From: Alphaproteobacteria bacterium
Lineage (GTDB): Bacteria > Pseudomonadota > Alphaproteobacteria > UBA828
DNA: 64,000 nt
Direction of reading: 5' to 3'
NCBI GenBank assembly: GCA_965214705.1
Contig: CBDCCI010000002.1
Coordinates: 2,816,001 to 2,880,000, forward strand
Under the pieces are notes generated by a model. That model did not search any database. It worked only from the letters and a program-made list of their open reading frames with translations, and was not told the origin of the DNA. Positions 9,462-19,371 of this stretch are shown here, one piece after another (positions within the stretch are counted from its first letter, which is position 1; every line of letters starts with the position of its first letter). A program made the position numbers and the translations under genes.

Positions 9462-10058
9462 TCAATAGCCGGCGGGCTGGCCCCAGCGGTCGGCGAAAAT
9501 GTACTCGTTGAAGGGGCGCCGCGTGCGCGCGCCCAACTCCATCTCGCGGAGGTCTTCGGGGAGGGTATCCGGGTCACCGGGATAGCCGACGGCGATCCCG
9601 GTCACAGGGTCGTAGCCCTCCGGCACACCATAGACCTCCCGGATCTTGTCCGCCTCGATGCCGGCCATCTGATGGGTCGCGTAGCCGAGCTCCGTGGCCT
9701 GCAGGACGAGTTGGCAGGCGGCGAGGCCGATGTCGTGGACGCAGCAGCTGTTGGGCGAATTGTTGTGGTCGAAGGTGCGCTTGGTCACGGTGAGGATGAG
9801 CAGCGACGCGTTCCGCGCCCACACCTGGTTGCCGGGCACCAGGCAGTCCAGTAGCTGCGCGAACCGTTCCTCCTGGTCCCTGGTCGCAACCAGGAAGTGC
9901 CAGGGCTGCTGGTTGAAGCTCGACGCTGCCCAGCGCGCGGCCTCCAGCAGTATGAGGATGTCCGCGCGGGGCATGGGACGCGGGTCGAACGCGCGCGGGC
10001 TCCAGCGTCGCTTCATTGCCTCGTTGATAGGGTGTTCGGCCTGCGCCGGCTTCTCCAT
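9462..10058 (-). CDS. Nitroreductase family protein
   Basis: RRWSPRAF..AARWAASSFNQQPWHF. Confidence 0.9.
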   Translation of the reverse strand: MEKPAQAEHPINEAMKRRWSPRAFDPRPMPRADILILLEAARWAASSFNQQPWHFLVATRDQEERFAQLLDCLVPGNQVWARNASLLILTVTKRTFDHNNSPNSCCVHDIGLAACQLVLQATELGYATHQMAGIEADKIREVYGVPEGYDPVTGIAVGYPGDPDTLPEDLREMELGARTRRPFNEYIFADRWGQPAGY

Positions 10059-10085
10059 GTCCCTACTCTCCCGCGTCGATAACGA

Positions 10086-11486
10086 TTATTCGTCCGACCA
10101 CAGCCACCCTCCGGGGCTCCCGCGCACGCTCCGATAATGCTCTTCAGGGTCGTACAAGTCGACCGGAAGCCCAAGCTGCCGTGCGGTCAGCGCGCCGATC
10201 GCCGACCTTACCTGATAGGCGGCGACGATCTCTTCCCGCTTCGCCCGGACCAGGTTGATCTGCGCCCTGAAGTGCTCCTGTTCGGCGTCCAGCACATCGA
10301 GCGTGGTGCGCAAGCCGACCTGCGTCTCCTGCTCGACGCCGTCCAGCGCGACGGCCGCCGCGGCCACCTGCGATTCGAATGCGGTAATCTGGGCCCGCGC
10401 CGACGTGAGCGCTCTCCAGGCCTGAGCGACCTGCTCCTGCACCGTGCGCCGGGACTGATCGAGCTCGAGCAGCCGCTGCGCCGCGATCTGCTTCGACTGG
10501 CGGATGCGTGCGCTCGCGGCGCCACCCTGATAGAGCGGCACACGCACGCTGGCCCTGATCGAGGCATCGGTGGTCTGCTCGATGAGGTCCGAGGTGTCGA
10601 AGCGCTGGCGCACATCGCCGACGATGGAAACCTGCGGCCTGAGCGCCGCGGCGGCCGTCTCGATATCCGACTGCGCCGCTTGGGCGATGTACGAGGCCGC
10701 CCGGATCGACGGGTTGGCGTCGTTTGCGGCTGTCAGGGCGTCTTCCTCCGTCTCCGGCAGACCCATGGGAACGGGCGGCCACGAGAGCGTGCCGGGCGGG
10801 CGGCCGGTCACCTGCTGGTACATGGCGCGGGCGGACATCATGCCGCCCTCGGCCGCCACACGCTCCGCGCCCGCCTGCGCCAGCCGGGCCTCGGCCTGCG
10901 CCACATCGGTGCGCGTCACCTCGCCGACCTCGAGCCGGTCCCTCGCCGCCTGCAGCTGGCGGCCCACCACCCGCTCGCTGCTGCGGCTGAGCTCGATCTC
11001 GGCGTCGTAGCGGAGCACGTCCATGTAGGCGGTCACCGTGCTGAACAGGATCGACTGCTCCACCGCCTGAAGCTGCGCGCGGCCTGCGTTGACCCGGTTC
11101 TCGGCCGAATCGATCTGGGCGGAAACCCGCCCGCCCTGGTAGAGGGGGGCCGTCGCCGTAAGCCCGACCCCGTGGGGGGCAACGCTATGGCTACCGGCGT
11201 TGGGAACCATGCCGTCTGTCTTGCTGTACGAGGCACCGATGTCGCCGGCGAGCTCCACCGTGGGTTGCCAGCCGGCCAGCGCCGCAGGCACCTCCTCATC
11301 CACCGCCCGGAGCCGGGCACGCTCGGCCTGCAGGGTCGGGTTGTTCTGGTAGGCGAGGACCAGCGCCTCCTCCAGGGTCTGCGCGACGGCGCCGTGGGTA
11401 AACGCCGACGCGCCGGCGAAGAGTGTGCCTACCAATGCGCCGAGCGCGAGTCTTCCGATCGAGGAGTGCCGTGGAGTGTGGGTCAT
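10086..11486 (-). CDS. tolC: TolC-family outer membrane protein
   Basis: Signal peptide, AYQNNPTL, GEVTRTDVAQAEARLA, VGLRTTLDVLDAEQE; pcm-rhodanese-tolC synteny. Confidence 0.92.
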   Translation of the reverse strand: MTHTPRHSSIGRLALGALVGTLFAGASAFTHGAVAQTLEEALVLAYQNNPTLQAERARLRAVDEEVPAALAGWQPTVELAGDIGASYSKTDGMVPNAGSHSVAPHGVGLTATAPLYQGGRVSAQIDSAENRVNAGRAQLQAVEQSILFSTVTAYMDVLRYDAEIELSRSSERVVGRQLQAARDRLEVGEVTRTDVAQAEARLAQAGAERVAAEGGMMSARAMYQQVTGRPPGTLSWPPVPMGLPETEEDALTAANDANPSIRAASYIAQAAQSDIETAAAALRPQVSIVGDVRQRFDTSDLIEQTTDASIRASVRVPLYQGGAASARIRQSKQIAAQRLLELDQSRRTVQEQVAQAWRALTSARAQITAFESQVAAAAVALDGVEQETQVGLRTTLDVLDAEQEHFRAQINLVRAKREEIVAAYQVRSAIGALTARQLGLPVDLYDPEEHYRSVRGSPGGWLWSDE

Positions 11487-11498
11487 GGGCCGCTCCTT

Positions 11499-11828
11499 TC
11501 AGTAGGTCGGCATGGCGGGGTCCACCGTGCGCGACCACGCGTCGATGCCGCCGTCCAGATTGACCGCATTGTCGTAACCGCGCCTGTGGAGCCAGGCGGT
11601 GACCTGGGCGCTGCGCTGGCCGTGGTGGCAGAGCACCACCAGCGGGCGGTCCGCAGGCAGAGCGTCGAGCCGGTCGGGCAGCGCGTTCATGGGGATGGTC
11701 AACGCCTCCGGCAGCGCGCCGAGCGCCACCTCCCAGGGCTCCCGCACGTCGAGCAGCGTGTAAGGCCCCTCGCCCGCACGCAGCGCCGCGAATTCCCCGA
11801 CCGAGAGCGCGGGCACCTCGCCGTCCAC
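11499..11828 (-). CDS. Rhodanese-like sulfurtransferase
   Basis: LLDVREPWE, CHHGQRS, NLDGGIDAWS. Confidence 0.9.
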   Translation of the reverse strand: MDGEVPALSVGEFAALRAGEGPYTLLDVREPWEVALGALPEALTIPMNALPDRLDALPADRPLVVLCHHGQRSAQVTAWLHRRGYDNAVNLDGGIDAWSRTVDPAMPTY

Positions 11829-11831
11829 GAT

Positions 11832-12488
11832 CTAGAACTCGAAACTTATGGGCCGGGCGATACCGGGAAGCGACGGAAGCGTCGCCTCGAACAGGCTGCG
11901 GCTTGAGAGCGCACCCCGGTGCCGCGCCCAGAGGGTTGCCTGCCCGAGCCCGCCGGGCTCGCGCACGACGCCCACGATCCTGCCCGCCTCTGCCAATTGA
12001 TCCGCAAGCGCCTGCGGCAGGTGATCCACCGCGCCGCCCACCAGGATCACGTCGTAGGGCGCCTGTTGGTCATAACCCTCGGCGAGCGGGCCGGTCACCA
12101 CGATCGCGTTGTCGGCACCGACGGCGCTCAATGCACTCTCGGCCTCGGCAGCAAGAGCCTCGTCGACATCCAAAGCGATGACGGTGGCGGCGAGGCGGGC
12201 CATGACCGCCGACGCGTAGCCCGTGCCGCAGCCGACATCGAGGACCATGTCGTTCGCCGTTATGTCGGCTTCCTGCAACAGGCGCGCGAGCACCATGGGC
12301 TCCATCAGGTAACGACCGGACGCGATTTCGACGTCCTCATCCACGTAGGCGACGTCCCGCTTTGCGTGCGGAACGAAGCACTCGCGCGGGATTTCCGCCA
12401 TCGCATCGATCAGCCGCTCGTCGGTGACGCGGTTGGTCATGATTTGGCCCGTGACCATATTGCGGCGCGCGGCAGCGTGGTCGATCAT
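11832..12488 (-). CDS. pcm: Protein-L-isoaspartate O-methyltransferase
   Basis: ARRNMV..QI, VLDVGCGTGY, APYDVI. Confidence 0.9.
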   Translation of the reverse strand: MIDHAAARRNMVTGQIMTNRVTDERLIDAMAEIPRECFVPHAKRDVAYVDEDVEIASGRYLMEPMVLARLLQEADITANDMVLDVGCGTGYASAVMARLAATVIALDVDEALAAEAESALSAVGADNAIVVTGPLAEGYDQQAPYDVILVGGAVDHLPQALADQLAEAGRIVGVVREPGGLGQATLWARHRGALSSRSLFEATLPSLPGIARPISFEF

Positions 12489-12586
12489 CTGAGGGAAAAT
12501 TCTTTAGGGGCAGGCGTTTCTGCTTCATTCTAGTGCGGACGACGCATGAATGGCAACGAGGCCGCTCGCCCCGCACAATGAATCAC

Positions 12587-12614
12587 TGATGGCGGCATGT
12601 TTCGGCCGCCATCA
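12587..12614. terminator. GC-rich hairpin in the pcm upstream spacer
   Basis: TGATGGCGGC-N8-GCCGCCATCA, 10-bp perfect stem; no clear U-tract. Confidence 0.4.
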
Positions 12615-12764
12615 ATACTTACAACATATCGTCGTTATGTTCTAATCTGTCTCTATATATTGGGGTATTTGTGTTCTATTGTGGGATCGCCAGCGAGAAA
12701 TACTGCGGCAAAACAGCGAACCAAGCCTCACAACGAAGACGGGTGCGAAGCTCCGACTCGCCTC

Positions 12765-13748
12765 TCACCGCCGGCGGGAGCGGCGCTTCGGTTTCGGCTT
12801 CGGCGGCGGCCCGGAGGGACCCGCCACCAGATGTCCCCGCTCGTTGAACAGGTAGCAGTGCTCTGGCGGATAGCCCGCCGTCTCGCCCTCGCGGTCGATG
12901 TGCTCCGGCCAGATGGCCAGCGTGGCGCGCTCGCCGGCGGCCGCCTCAACGCTCTCGCAGGGGAGCGTGAGGACGGTCCCGTCCTTGAGGCTGACCGTGA
13001 CCGCGTCCATCTCCGTGTCCTCCACGCGCGCGGCGCGGAGCCTCGCGCCGAAGAGCTTTGCCACCCTGCGCGAGGCCGGCCATTTGACGAGCCTCTCCGG
13101 ACTCCCCATCTGCAGCCTGCGGCCTTCGTGGAGGACGACGACCCAATCTGCGATATCCTGCGCCTCTTCGGCGGTCCCGGCGGCATAGACCACGGTGCGG
13201 CCGAACTCATCCCTGAGCCGCTGCATCTCGGAGATGGCGAGCTCGCGGATGTCCGGCTCCTCCTCCGTCGGCAGCTCGAAAAGGTAAACCCCGGGGTCGC
13301 GCACCAGCGCGCGGGCGAGACCGACCTGGTAGCACTGAACATCGGTGAGCTTCTTGGGACGCTGCGCGAGTATGTCGGTGATCCCGAAGTGTTCGCCCAC
13401 GGCGAGCACGCGGGCCTCAATGGTCTCGCGGTCGAAGCGGGCGATCCTGAGCGGATAGGCGATGTTCTCGAGGGCCGTCTTGTGGGGCATCAGTGCCGCT
13501 GAGCGGAAGACCGTCGCCGCTTCCCGAATTCCCTCCCGCTGCCCGAGCACCTCCTCCCCGTCGATCAGGATGGAACCGCCTTGCGGCTTCTCGATCCCGG
13601 CGATGACCTTGAGTGCCGTAAGGCGGCCCGACTCCTCATCGCCCAGGATCGCGGTAATGCGAGCCGACGGCGCCTTCATGCTCAGTTCGTCGAGAATGAC
13701 GCGCCTGTGATGCCAGCGATCGACTTTACGCAGTTCAAGCTCAGCCAT
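12765..13748 (-). CDS. MalK/PotA-like ABC ATP-binding subunit with degenerate catalytic motifs
   Basis: Real start MAELELRKV; Walker A GDEESGRLT, signature LTDVQ, Walker B YLFEL; TOBE-like C-terminus. Confidence 0.75.
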   Translation of the reverse strand: MAELELRKVDRWHHRRVILDELSMKAPSARITAILGDEESGRLTALKVIAGIEKPQGGSILIDGEEVLGQREGIREAATVFRSAALMPHKTALENIAYPLRIARFDRETIEARVLAVGEHFGITDILAQRPKKLTDVQCYQVGLARALVRDPGVYLFELPTEEEPDIRELAISEMQRLRDEFGRTVVYAAGTAEEAQDIADWVVVLHEGRRLQMGSPERLVKWPASRRVAKLFGARLRAARVEDTEMDAVTVSLKDGTVLTLPCESVEAAAGERATLAIWPEHIDREGETAGYPPEHCYLFNERGHLVAGPSGPPPKPKPKRRSRRR

Positions 13749-13759
13749 TGCTCGCCCCG

Positions 13760-14806
13760 TTAAACTTCGAGCACGATCTTGCCAAAGACTGCGCGCGCGG
13801 CAAGTCGCTCGTGAGCGGCGCGCATCTCGGCCAGCGGCAGGACCTGGCCGATAACCGGCCTGAGCGTGCCCTGCTCCATCAGGCGAAGGACCTCGTGGTT
13901 GGTCGACTTCGGCGCGAAGTGGCAGCTCGTCATGGTGATCTGCTTGCGGAAAAACTCGATCATGTCGATCTCGACCTTCTCGCCCGCGTGCGCGCCGCAG
14001 GTCGCCAGGCGCCCGTTGAGCGCAAGCGCGTCGAGGCTTTGCTGTAGCACCGAACCGCCCACCATCTCGATACAGACATCGACGCCGCGGCCATCGGTGA
14101 GGTCGCGCACGGCATCGCCGATTGCCGGCGTCTCGTTGTAGTTGATGACCTCGTCCGCACCAAGCTGCCGAGCACGCGCGAGCTTCTCGTCGGAGCCGGC
14201 GGTGGCGATGATTCGCGCGCCGGCAACACGGGCACACTGGATCGCCGCCGAGCCGACGCCGCTGCCGGCGGCGTTGATGAGCACGTCCTCGCCCTGGCGC
14301 ACCTGCGCCTTCTTCACCACCAGCTCCCAGGCCGTGGCAAAGGCGACCTGCCCCGCCGCCGCGTCCAGCGCCGAGACGCCGTCGGGAATGCGGAGCACGT
14401 TGTGGTGGGAGACCTTCACGTACTCGGCGTAGGTGCCCCAGCAGGTCACGCCCAGCTTCTCGAAATCGAGGCAGATGTTGTCCATGCCGAGCGCGCAGTT
14501 GCACACCCTATGCCGGCAGAGGCCAGACGTGATGGTGAGGAAGGGCATGACCCGGTCGCCGGGGCGGAAGGCGCTCACCGCGACGCCGGTCTCCGCGACC
14601 GTGCCGGCACCTTCCACACCGAGAATGTGCGGCATGTCGAGGCTGAGATAGCCCGAGATGCCGTCGCAGACGTCGAGGTCGAAGTGGTTGAGGCCCACCG
14701 TCTCCAGATTGATGAGCACGTCCTCGGGTCCGACTTCAGGCGTCTCGATATCCTCGTAGACGAGCTCCTCCGGCCCGCCGTGACGGTGGATGACGACCGC
14801 CTTCAT
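13760..14806 (-). CDS. Zn-binding alcohol dehydrogenase/quinone oxidoreductase
   Basis: MKAVVIHRHGGPEEL, ILGVEGAG, AAGSGVGSAAIQ. Confidence 0.9.
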   Translation of the reverse strand: MKAVVIHRHGGPEELVYEDIETPEVGPEDVLINLETVGLNHFDLDVCDGISGYLSLDMPHILGVEGAGTVAETGVAVSAFRPGDRVMPFLTITSGLCRHRVCNCALGMDNICLDFEKLGVTCWGTYAEYVKVSHHNVLRIPDGVSALDAAAGQVAFATAWELVVKKAQVRQGEDVLINAAGSGVGSAAIQCARVAGARIIATAGSDEKLARARQLGADEVINYNETPAIGDAVRDLTDGRGVDVCIEMVGGSVLQQSLDALALNGRLATCGAHAGEKVEIDMIEFFRKQITMTSCHFAPKSTNHEVLRLMEQGTLRPVIGQVLPLAEMRAAHERLAARAVFGKIVLEV

Positions 14807-15315
14807 GCCTGCGCACTCCGTTTGACTGCGGCCCGCCTGCGCCTGCGGGCCGGATACTCGGCGGTGGCCACTCTCTCGGTCTGGTCCGCATCGGGCGGCC
14901 CCTTGAGCTCCACCGTGTTGCCGTCCGGGTCGGTGAGGTAGAGCGAGGGGCCGTGGCCGTCGGCGCCGTAGCGCCGCGCGGTCTCGCCCGCCTCGACACC
15001 GCGTCTCTTGAGATAGCGGCGGAGCTTCTTCTCGTCGAAGGCGGCGAGTTTGAGGGCGAAGTGCTCCATGTTGCGCCGCGTCTTGCCCGGCGCGCCGCCG
15101 CCAGGCTTGCCGGCCTTGCTCGCGACGGGAACCAGGTCGATCAGGTTCGCGCCCGCACGCAGCTGGTAGAGCCCGAAGCTCTCGATGCGCCGCTCGACGG
15201 TGCAGCCAAGCACCCGCTTGTACCAATCGAGCGAGGCGTCGATGTCCGCCACCCGGAGCACGACATGGTCCAATCCAAGCACTTCGACGGGACTGGGACG
15301 CGCAGCGGCAGGCAC
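14803..15315 (-). CDS. VOC/glyoxalase family protein
   Basis: LDHVVLRVAD..YLTDPDGNTVELKGP; GTG start estimated. Confidence 0.8.
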   Translation of the reverse strand: MPAAARPSPVEVLGLDHVVLRVADIDASLDWYKRVLGCTVERRIESFGLYQLRAGANLIDLVPVASKAGKPGGGAPGKTRRNMEHFALKLAAFDEKKLRRYLKRRGVEAGETARRYGADGHGPSLYLTDPDGNTVELKGPPDADQTERVATAEYPARRRRRAAVKRSAQA

Positions 15316-15347
15316 GATCGGAGGTCTCGGTACTGACGACGCGGCGC

Positions 15348-16178
15348 TCAGGCCGCGATCAGCCGTGCGCTCTGGCGCTCGCGCGGGGTCTCCCGCATCA
15401 CCGCGGCCATGTCGGGTGCGTCGTCCGGTCCGACCGGCGTGAGATGGCGGCCGGTGAACGACACCTCCAGGCCATCGTCGCGGAAGGGATAGGGATCGAG
15501 GCTGTAGACGCCGTCGCCCAGCGCCCGGACCTCGATATCGACATCGTCGCCGACACCGCGCGGCACGTTGGCGAAGGTGCTCTCGCCGCGCCCTTCCGGA
15601 TGCACGCAGTTGAAGTAGAGGGCGAACGTGTCGAAGAACTGCAGCGCCTTGTAGTTGGCGAAGAGCCGTTCGTGCTCGACCCAGGGTGCGGTCTCGGGAT
15701 CGTCCTGGAGCACGGCGGTGAGCCGCTCCTGGCGCTGGCGCTCGGTGTTCAGCATGGTCTGGGCGGCGAGCTTGTGCTGCTCCGGCACGATATCGATCAG
15801 CACCTTGTCCGACATGCCGTAGCGCCCGTTGTAGAGGCCCCAGATGTGCATGCTGTCCAGCAGCCCGCAGTAGGCGTGGTGCGCCTCGTTGTACTCGGGC
15901 GAGCGGCAGCCGGTCAGCGTGATGATGGGGATCGGCGTCTCCACCAGGTTGTAGGGAAGACCGGTGGCGGGATCGAGGGGCGGGTTGTCGTCCAGGTCCT
16001 TCCAGCCCTTGTCGTGCCAACGGCAGGCGTAGCGGAAGTAATCGCGCGGCTGGGGTTCCGCGAAGTCGTCGTTCCCGAAATTCTCGGCGAACTGGCCCAC
16101 GAGCTGCAGATGCTCGTCGAGGGTGATGGCGAAGCGGGCGCCGTCCGGCCGCTCTTCTGCCTGGGTCTGGATGATCAT
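15348..16178 (-). CDS. DUF3891-like putative metal-binding protein
   Basis: H..L.GQFA..FGN..F, WHDKGW..LD..P.LDP.TGLPY, LLDSMH. Confidence 0.7.
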   Translation of the reverse strand: MIIQTQAEERPDGARFAITLDEHLQLVGQFAENFGNDDFAEPQPRDYFRYACRWHDKGWKDLDDNPPLDPATGLPYNLVETPIPIITLTGCRSPEYNEAHHAYCGLLDSMHIWGLYNGRYGMSDKVLIDIVPEQHKLAAQTMLNTERQRQERLTAVLQDDPETAPWVEHERLFANYKALQFFDTFALYFNCVHPEGRGESTFANVPRGVGDDVDIEVRALGDGVYSLDPYPFRDDGLEVSFTGRHLTPVGPDDAPDMAAVMRETPRERQSARLIAA

Positions 16179-16282
16179 GGCGTCCCCCCTGCGTTCCCGT
16201 CGATCGCAACGGCGGCAAAGCCTGCGCGACCCTATCAAACGCGAGGGAGCGAGTCACGGCGGGCCAAAGGGCGGTGGACGCA

Positions 16283-18508
16283 TCACATGAAGCTGTGGGG
16301 GTCGATGTCCACCTGGAGGCGGGCGCGGGCGCGTCGGTCGAGCGCCGCGAGCCACCGCCGCATGTGAGGTTGGATCAGCGTGCCGCGCGCGGCCTTGAAG
16401 AGAAGGCGGAAGCGGTGGCGGCCGCGCAGGAGCCTGAGCGGTGCCGGCGCGGGGCCCAGCACCTGGATGCCGAGAGTCTTCTCTTCGGCGCGTGCGGTGC
16501 GCGCGAGGGCCGAAGCCGCGCGTAGAGTTTCTGACTCGCTCGGGCCGGACGCGATGACCGCCACAAGGCGGCCGAAGGGCGGCAGGCCATGGGCCGCACG
16601 CGCCGCCGCCTCCTTCTCCATGAAGGAATCGCGGTCGCCGGCGGCGAGCGCTTCGATGACCGGGTGCTCGGCCGCGTAGGTCTGGAGCACCACACGGCCG
16701 GGGCGCCCGCCGCGCCCGGCACGCCCGCCAACCTGGTGGAGCAGCTGATAGGTGCGCTCGGCCGCGCGCATGTCGCCGCCCGCAAGGCCCAGGTCGGCAT
16801 CGACCACGCCCACCAGGGTGAGCTGGGGGAAGTGGTGCCCCTTGGCCACCATCTGCGTGCCGATCAGCACGTCGACCTCGTGAGCCACGATGGCGTCGAC
16901 CAGGTCCTGCACCTGGCTGGGGCCGCGCACCGTGTCGCTGGTAAGCACCGCCCAGCGGGCACCGGGGAAGGCCTCGTCCACCTCCTCGGCGAGCCGCTCG
17001 ACCCCCGGCCCGCAGGCGGCGAAGCTCCCCTCCGCCTCGCAGGCCGGGCAGGCCTCGGGCTGCGCCCGCTGGAAGCCGCAATGATGGCAGTCCAGCGTGC
17101 CGGCGAAGCGGTGCTCCACCAGCCAGGCGCTGCAGTTGGGGCAGTGGAAGCGGTGACCGCAGGCGCGGCAGAGCGTGAGCGGCGCGTAGCCTCGCCGGTT
17201 GAGGAAGAGCAGCGCCTGCTCGCCGGCGTCCAGGGTCTCGGCAAGGGCCGTGCGCAACGCCGGTGCGAGCCAGGTGCCGCGTGCCGGCGGTGTCTCGCGC
17301 AGGTCGACGGTCTCGATCGCCGGCAGTTGCGCACCGCCGTGGCGGTCCGGCAGGCGCTCGCGCTCATAGCGGCCGTTCTCGACGTTGACCATGGTCTCCA
17401 ACGACGGCGTGGCCGACACCAGGACGATCGGACAGCCTTCGAAGCGCGCGCGCACCACCGCCATGTCACGGGCGTGATAGATGACGCCGTCCTCCTGCTT
17501 GAAGGCGGCGTCGTGCTCCTCGTCGACCACGATGAGGCCGAGGGTGCGGAAGGGTAGCCACAGCGCAGACCGTGCGCCGACCACCACCTGCGCCCGGCCC
17601 TCGGCGACGGCGCGCCAGGTCTCGCGCCGCTGGCGCGTGCCGAGCTCGGAATGCCAGACGGCGGGTTCCACACCGAAGCGCGCGCGAAAGCGTGCGAGCC
17701 ATTGGGCGCTCAGCGCGATCTCGGGCAGCATCACCAGCACCTGATGACCCTGATCGAGCGCGGCCGAGACGGCCTCGAAGTAGACCTCGGTCTTGCCGGA
17801 GCCGGTCACGCCGTCGAGAACGGCGACCGAGAACGCCTGGGCGGCAACCTGCCGCCGCAACGCCTCGGCGGCGGCTCCCTGCGCCTGGGACAAGATGGGA
17901 CCCACCCGAGACGTGTCGGGGCGGCCAAAGCTCGCGACCTCGCGCATCGTGATTGCCTCGAGCACACCGAGGGCGGCGAGCCCGCGCACCACCCCGGCAC
18001 TGACGCCGGCCTCGCGCGCGATCTCGGTGGCGGTGCGCGGCGGCCCCTCCCGCAGCAGCGCGACGACGCGCTCCCGCGCGGCGGTCATGCGGGGCGCCTC
18101 GCCGGGCCCCAGCCGGTAGGCGGTGCGTACTGCTGGCGGCTCCAGCGCGCCCGGCACGCTCATCGCCATGCGTAGAACGGACCCTGGGTTGGTCAGCGTG
18201 TAATCGGCCGTCCAGTCGACCAGGCGGCGGAGCGGCTCGGTCATCGGCGGGACCTCCAGCACCGCCGTCACCGGCTTGAGGCGGGCGGGCTCGACGTCGC
18301 CTTCGCCCTCGCCCCAGACCACGCCGATACGCTCCACCCTGCCGAGCGGCACGCGCACGAAGGCGCCGGGCGCGATGGCGGATGTGAGTTCGGCGGGCAC
18401 GGCATAGTCATACGCGCGCTCCAGCGGCAGCGGCATGAGCACGGCGACGGTCGCAGGCGCGCGCGCGCGCTCCCCGCCCCCTCCTCTGCCGTCGGCCGCC
18501 TCGCTCAC
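16283..18508 (-). CDS. priA: Primosomal protein N'
   Basis: GVTGSGKTEVY, DEEHD, LNRRGYAP, four CxxC, KGHHFP. Confidence 0.97.
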   Translation of the reverse strand: MSEAADGRGGGGERARAPATVAVLMPLPLERAYDYAVPAELTSAIAPGAFVRVPLGRVERIGVVWGEGEGDVEPARLKPVTAVLEVPPMTEPLRRLVDWTADYTLTNPGSVLRMAMSVPGALEPPAVRTAYRLGPGEAPRMTAARERVVALLREGPPRTATEIAREAGVSAGVVRGLAALGVLEAITMREVASFGRPDTSRVGPILSQAQGAAAEALRRQVAAQAFSVAVLDGVTGSGKTEVYFEAVSAALDQGHQVLVMLPEIALSAQWLARFRARFGVEPAVWHSELGTRQRRETWRAVAEGRAQVVVGARSALWLPFRTLGLIVVDEEHDAAFKQEDGVIYHARDMAVVRARFEGCPIVLVSATPSLETMVNVENGRYERERLPDRHGGAQLPAIETVDLRETPPARGTWLAPALRTALAETLDAGEQALLFLNRRGYAPLTLCRACGHRFHCPNCSAWLVEHRFAGTLDCHHCGFQRAQPEACPACEAEGSFAACGPGVERLAEEVDEAFPGARWAVLTSDTVRGPSQVQDLVDAIVAHEVDVLIGTQMVAKGHHFPQLTLVGVVDADLGLAGGDMRAAERTYQLLHQVGGRAGRGGRPGRVVLQTYAAEHPVIEALAAGDRDSFMEKEAAARAAHGLPPFGRLVAVIASGPSESETLRAASALARTARAEEKTLGIQVLGPAPAPLRLLRGRHRFRLLFKAARGTLIQPHMRRWLAALDRRARARLQVDIDPHSFM

Positions 18509-18708
18509 GGCATCCCATCAGCGGCGGCGCGATGGAACCGGCGCAGCGGACGTGCTAAGAGGCCGCCCCAATTCGTCGCAGGCCCGAAGCCGAGTCGAGT
18601 CGCGGATGCTGCGGTCATACTCTCGTCCTGCATCACGCGCGCGCCTGCGTCCAGCCCGATGACGGCCGGGGCCGGCTGAGGGCAGCGGCCCGCAAAGGGA
18701 GCGGCGAC

Positions 18709-19371
18709 ATGAAGTTCTTCGTAGACACCGCGGACATCGCCGAGATCGAGGACCTCGCCGCGACCGGCCTGCTCGACGGCGTGACCACCAATCCCTCGCT
18801 CATCGCCAAGTCCGGCGGCGACTTCTTCGAGGTCATCCGGAACATCTGCGACATCGTGCCGGGGCCCGTGAGTGCCGAGGTCACCGCGACCGACGCCGAG
18901 GCCATGCTTTCCGAAGGCCGGGCGCTCGCCGCCATCGCGCCCAACGTCGCGGTCAAGGTGCCGCTCACCTGGGACGGGCTCAAGGCCTGCCGGGCGCTGA
19001 GCCAGGGCGGCACCAAGGTCAACGTCACGCTCTGCTTCTCGCCGTCCCAGGCGTTGCTGGCGGCGAAGGCCGGCGCCTCCTTCATCTCGCCCTTCGTCGG
19101 CCGTCTCGACGACATCAGCCAGGACGGCATGGGCCTGATTCGCGAGATCGCGACGATCTACGGCGCTTATCCCGACACCATTAACACCGAAATCCTGGTC
19201 GCGTCGATCCGCCACCCGCTCCACGTCGTGGAGGCCGCGAAGCTCGGTGCCGATGTGGCGACGGTGCCGCCGGCGGTGCTGCGCAAGCTCGCCAGCCACC
19301 CGCTCACAGACAAGGGGCTCGACGCCTTCCTCGCCGACTGGCAGAAGACGGGGCAATCGATTTTGCCATGA
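18709..19371 (+). CDS. fsa: Fructose-6-phosphate aldolase/transaldolase
   Basis: [26 protein letters not shown]. Confidence 0.95.
   Translation: MKFFVDTADIAEIEDLAATGLLDGVTTNPSLIAKSGGDFFEVIRNICDIVPGPVSAEVTATDAEAMLSEGRALAAIAPNVAVKVPLTWDGLKACRALSQGGTKVNVTLCFSPSQALLAAKAGASFISPFVGRLDDISQDGMGLIREIATIYGAYPDTINTEILVASIRHPLHVVEAAKLGADVATVPPAVLRKLASHPLTDKGLDAFLADWQKTGQSILP

Noticed and set aside
12489-12764. tRNA or sRNA gene upstream of pcm
   Set aside because: No cloverleaf or T-loop motif; only one hairpin and AT-rich promoter-like DNA.
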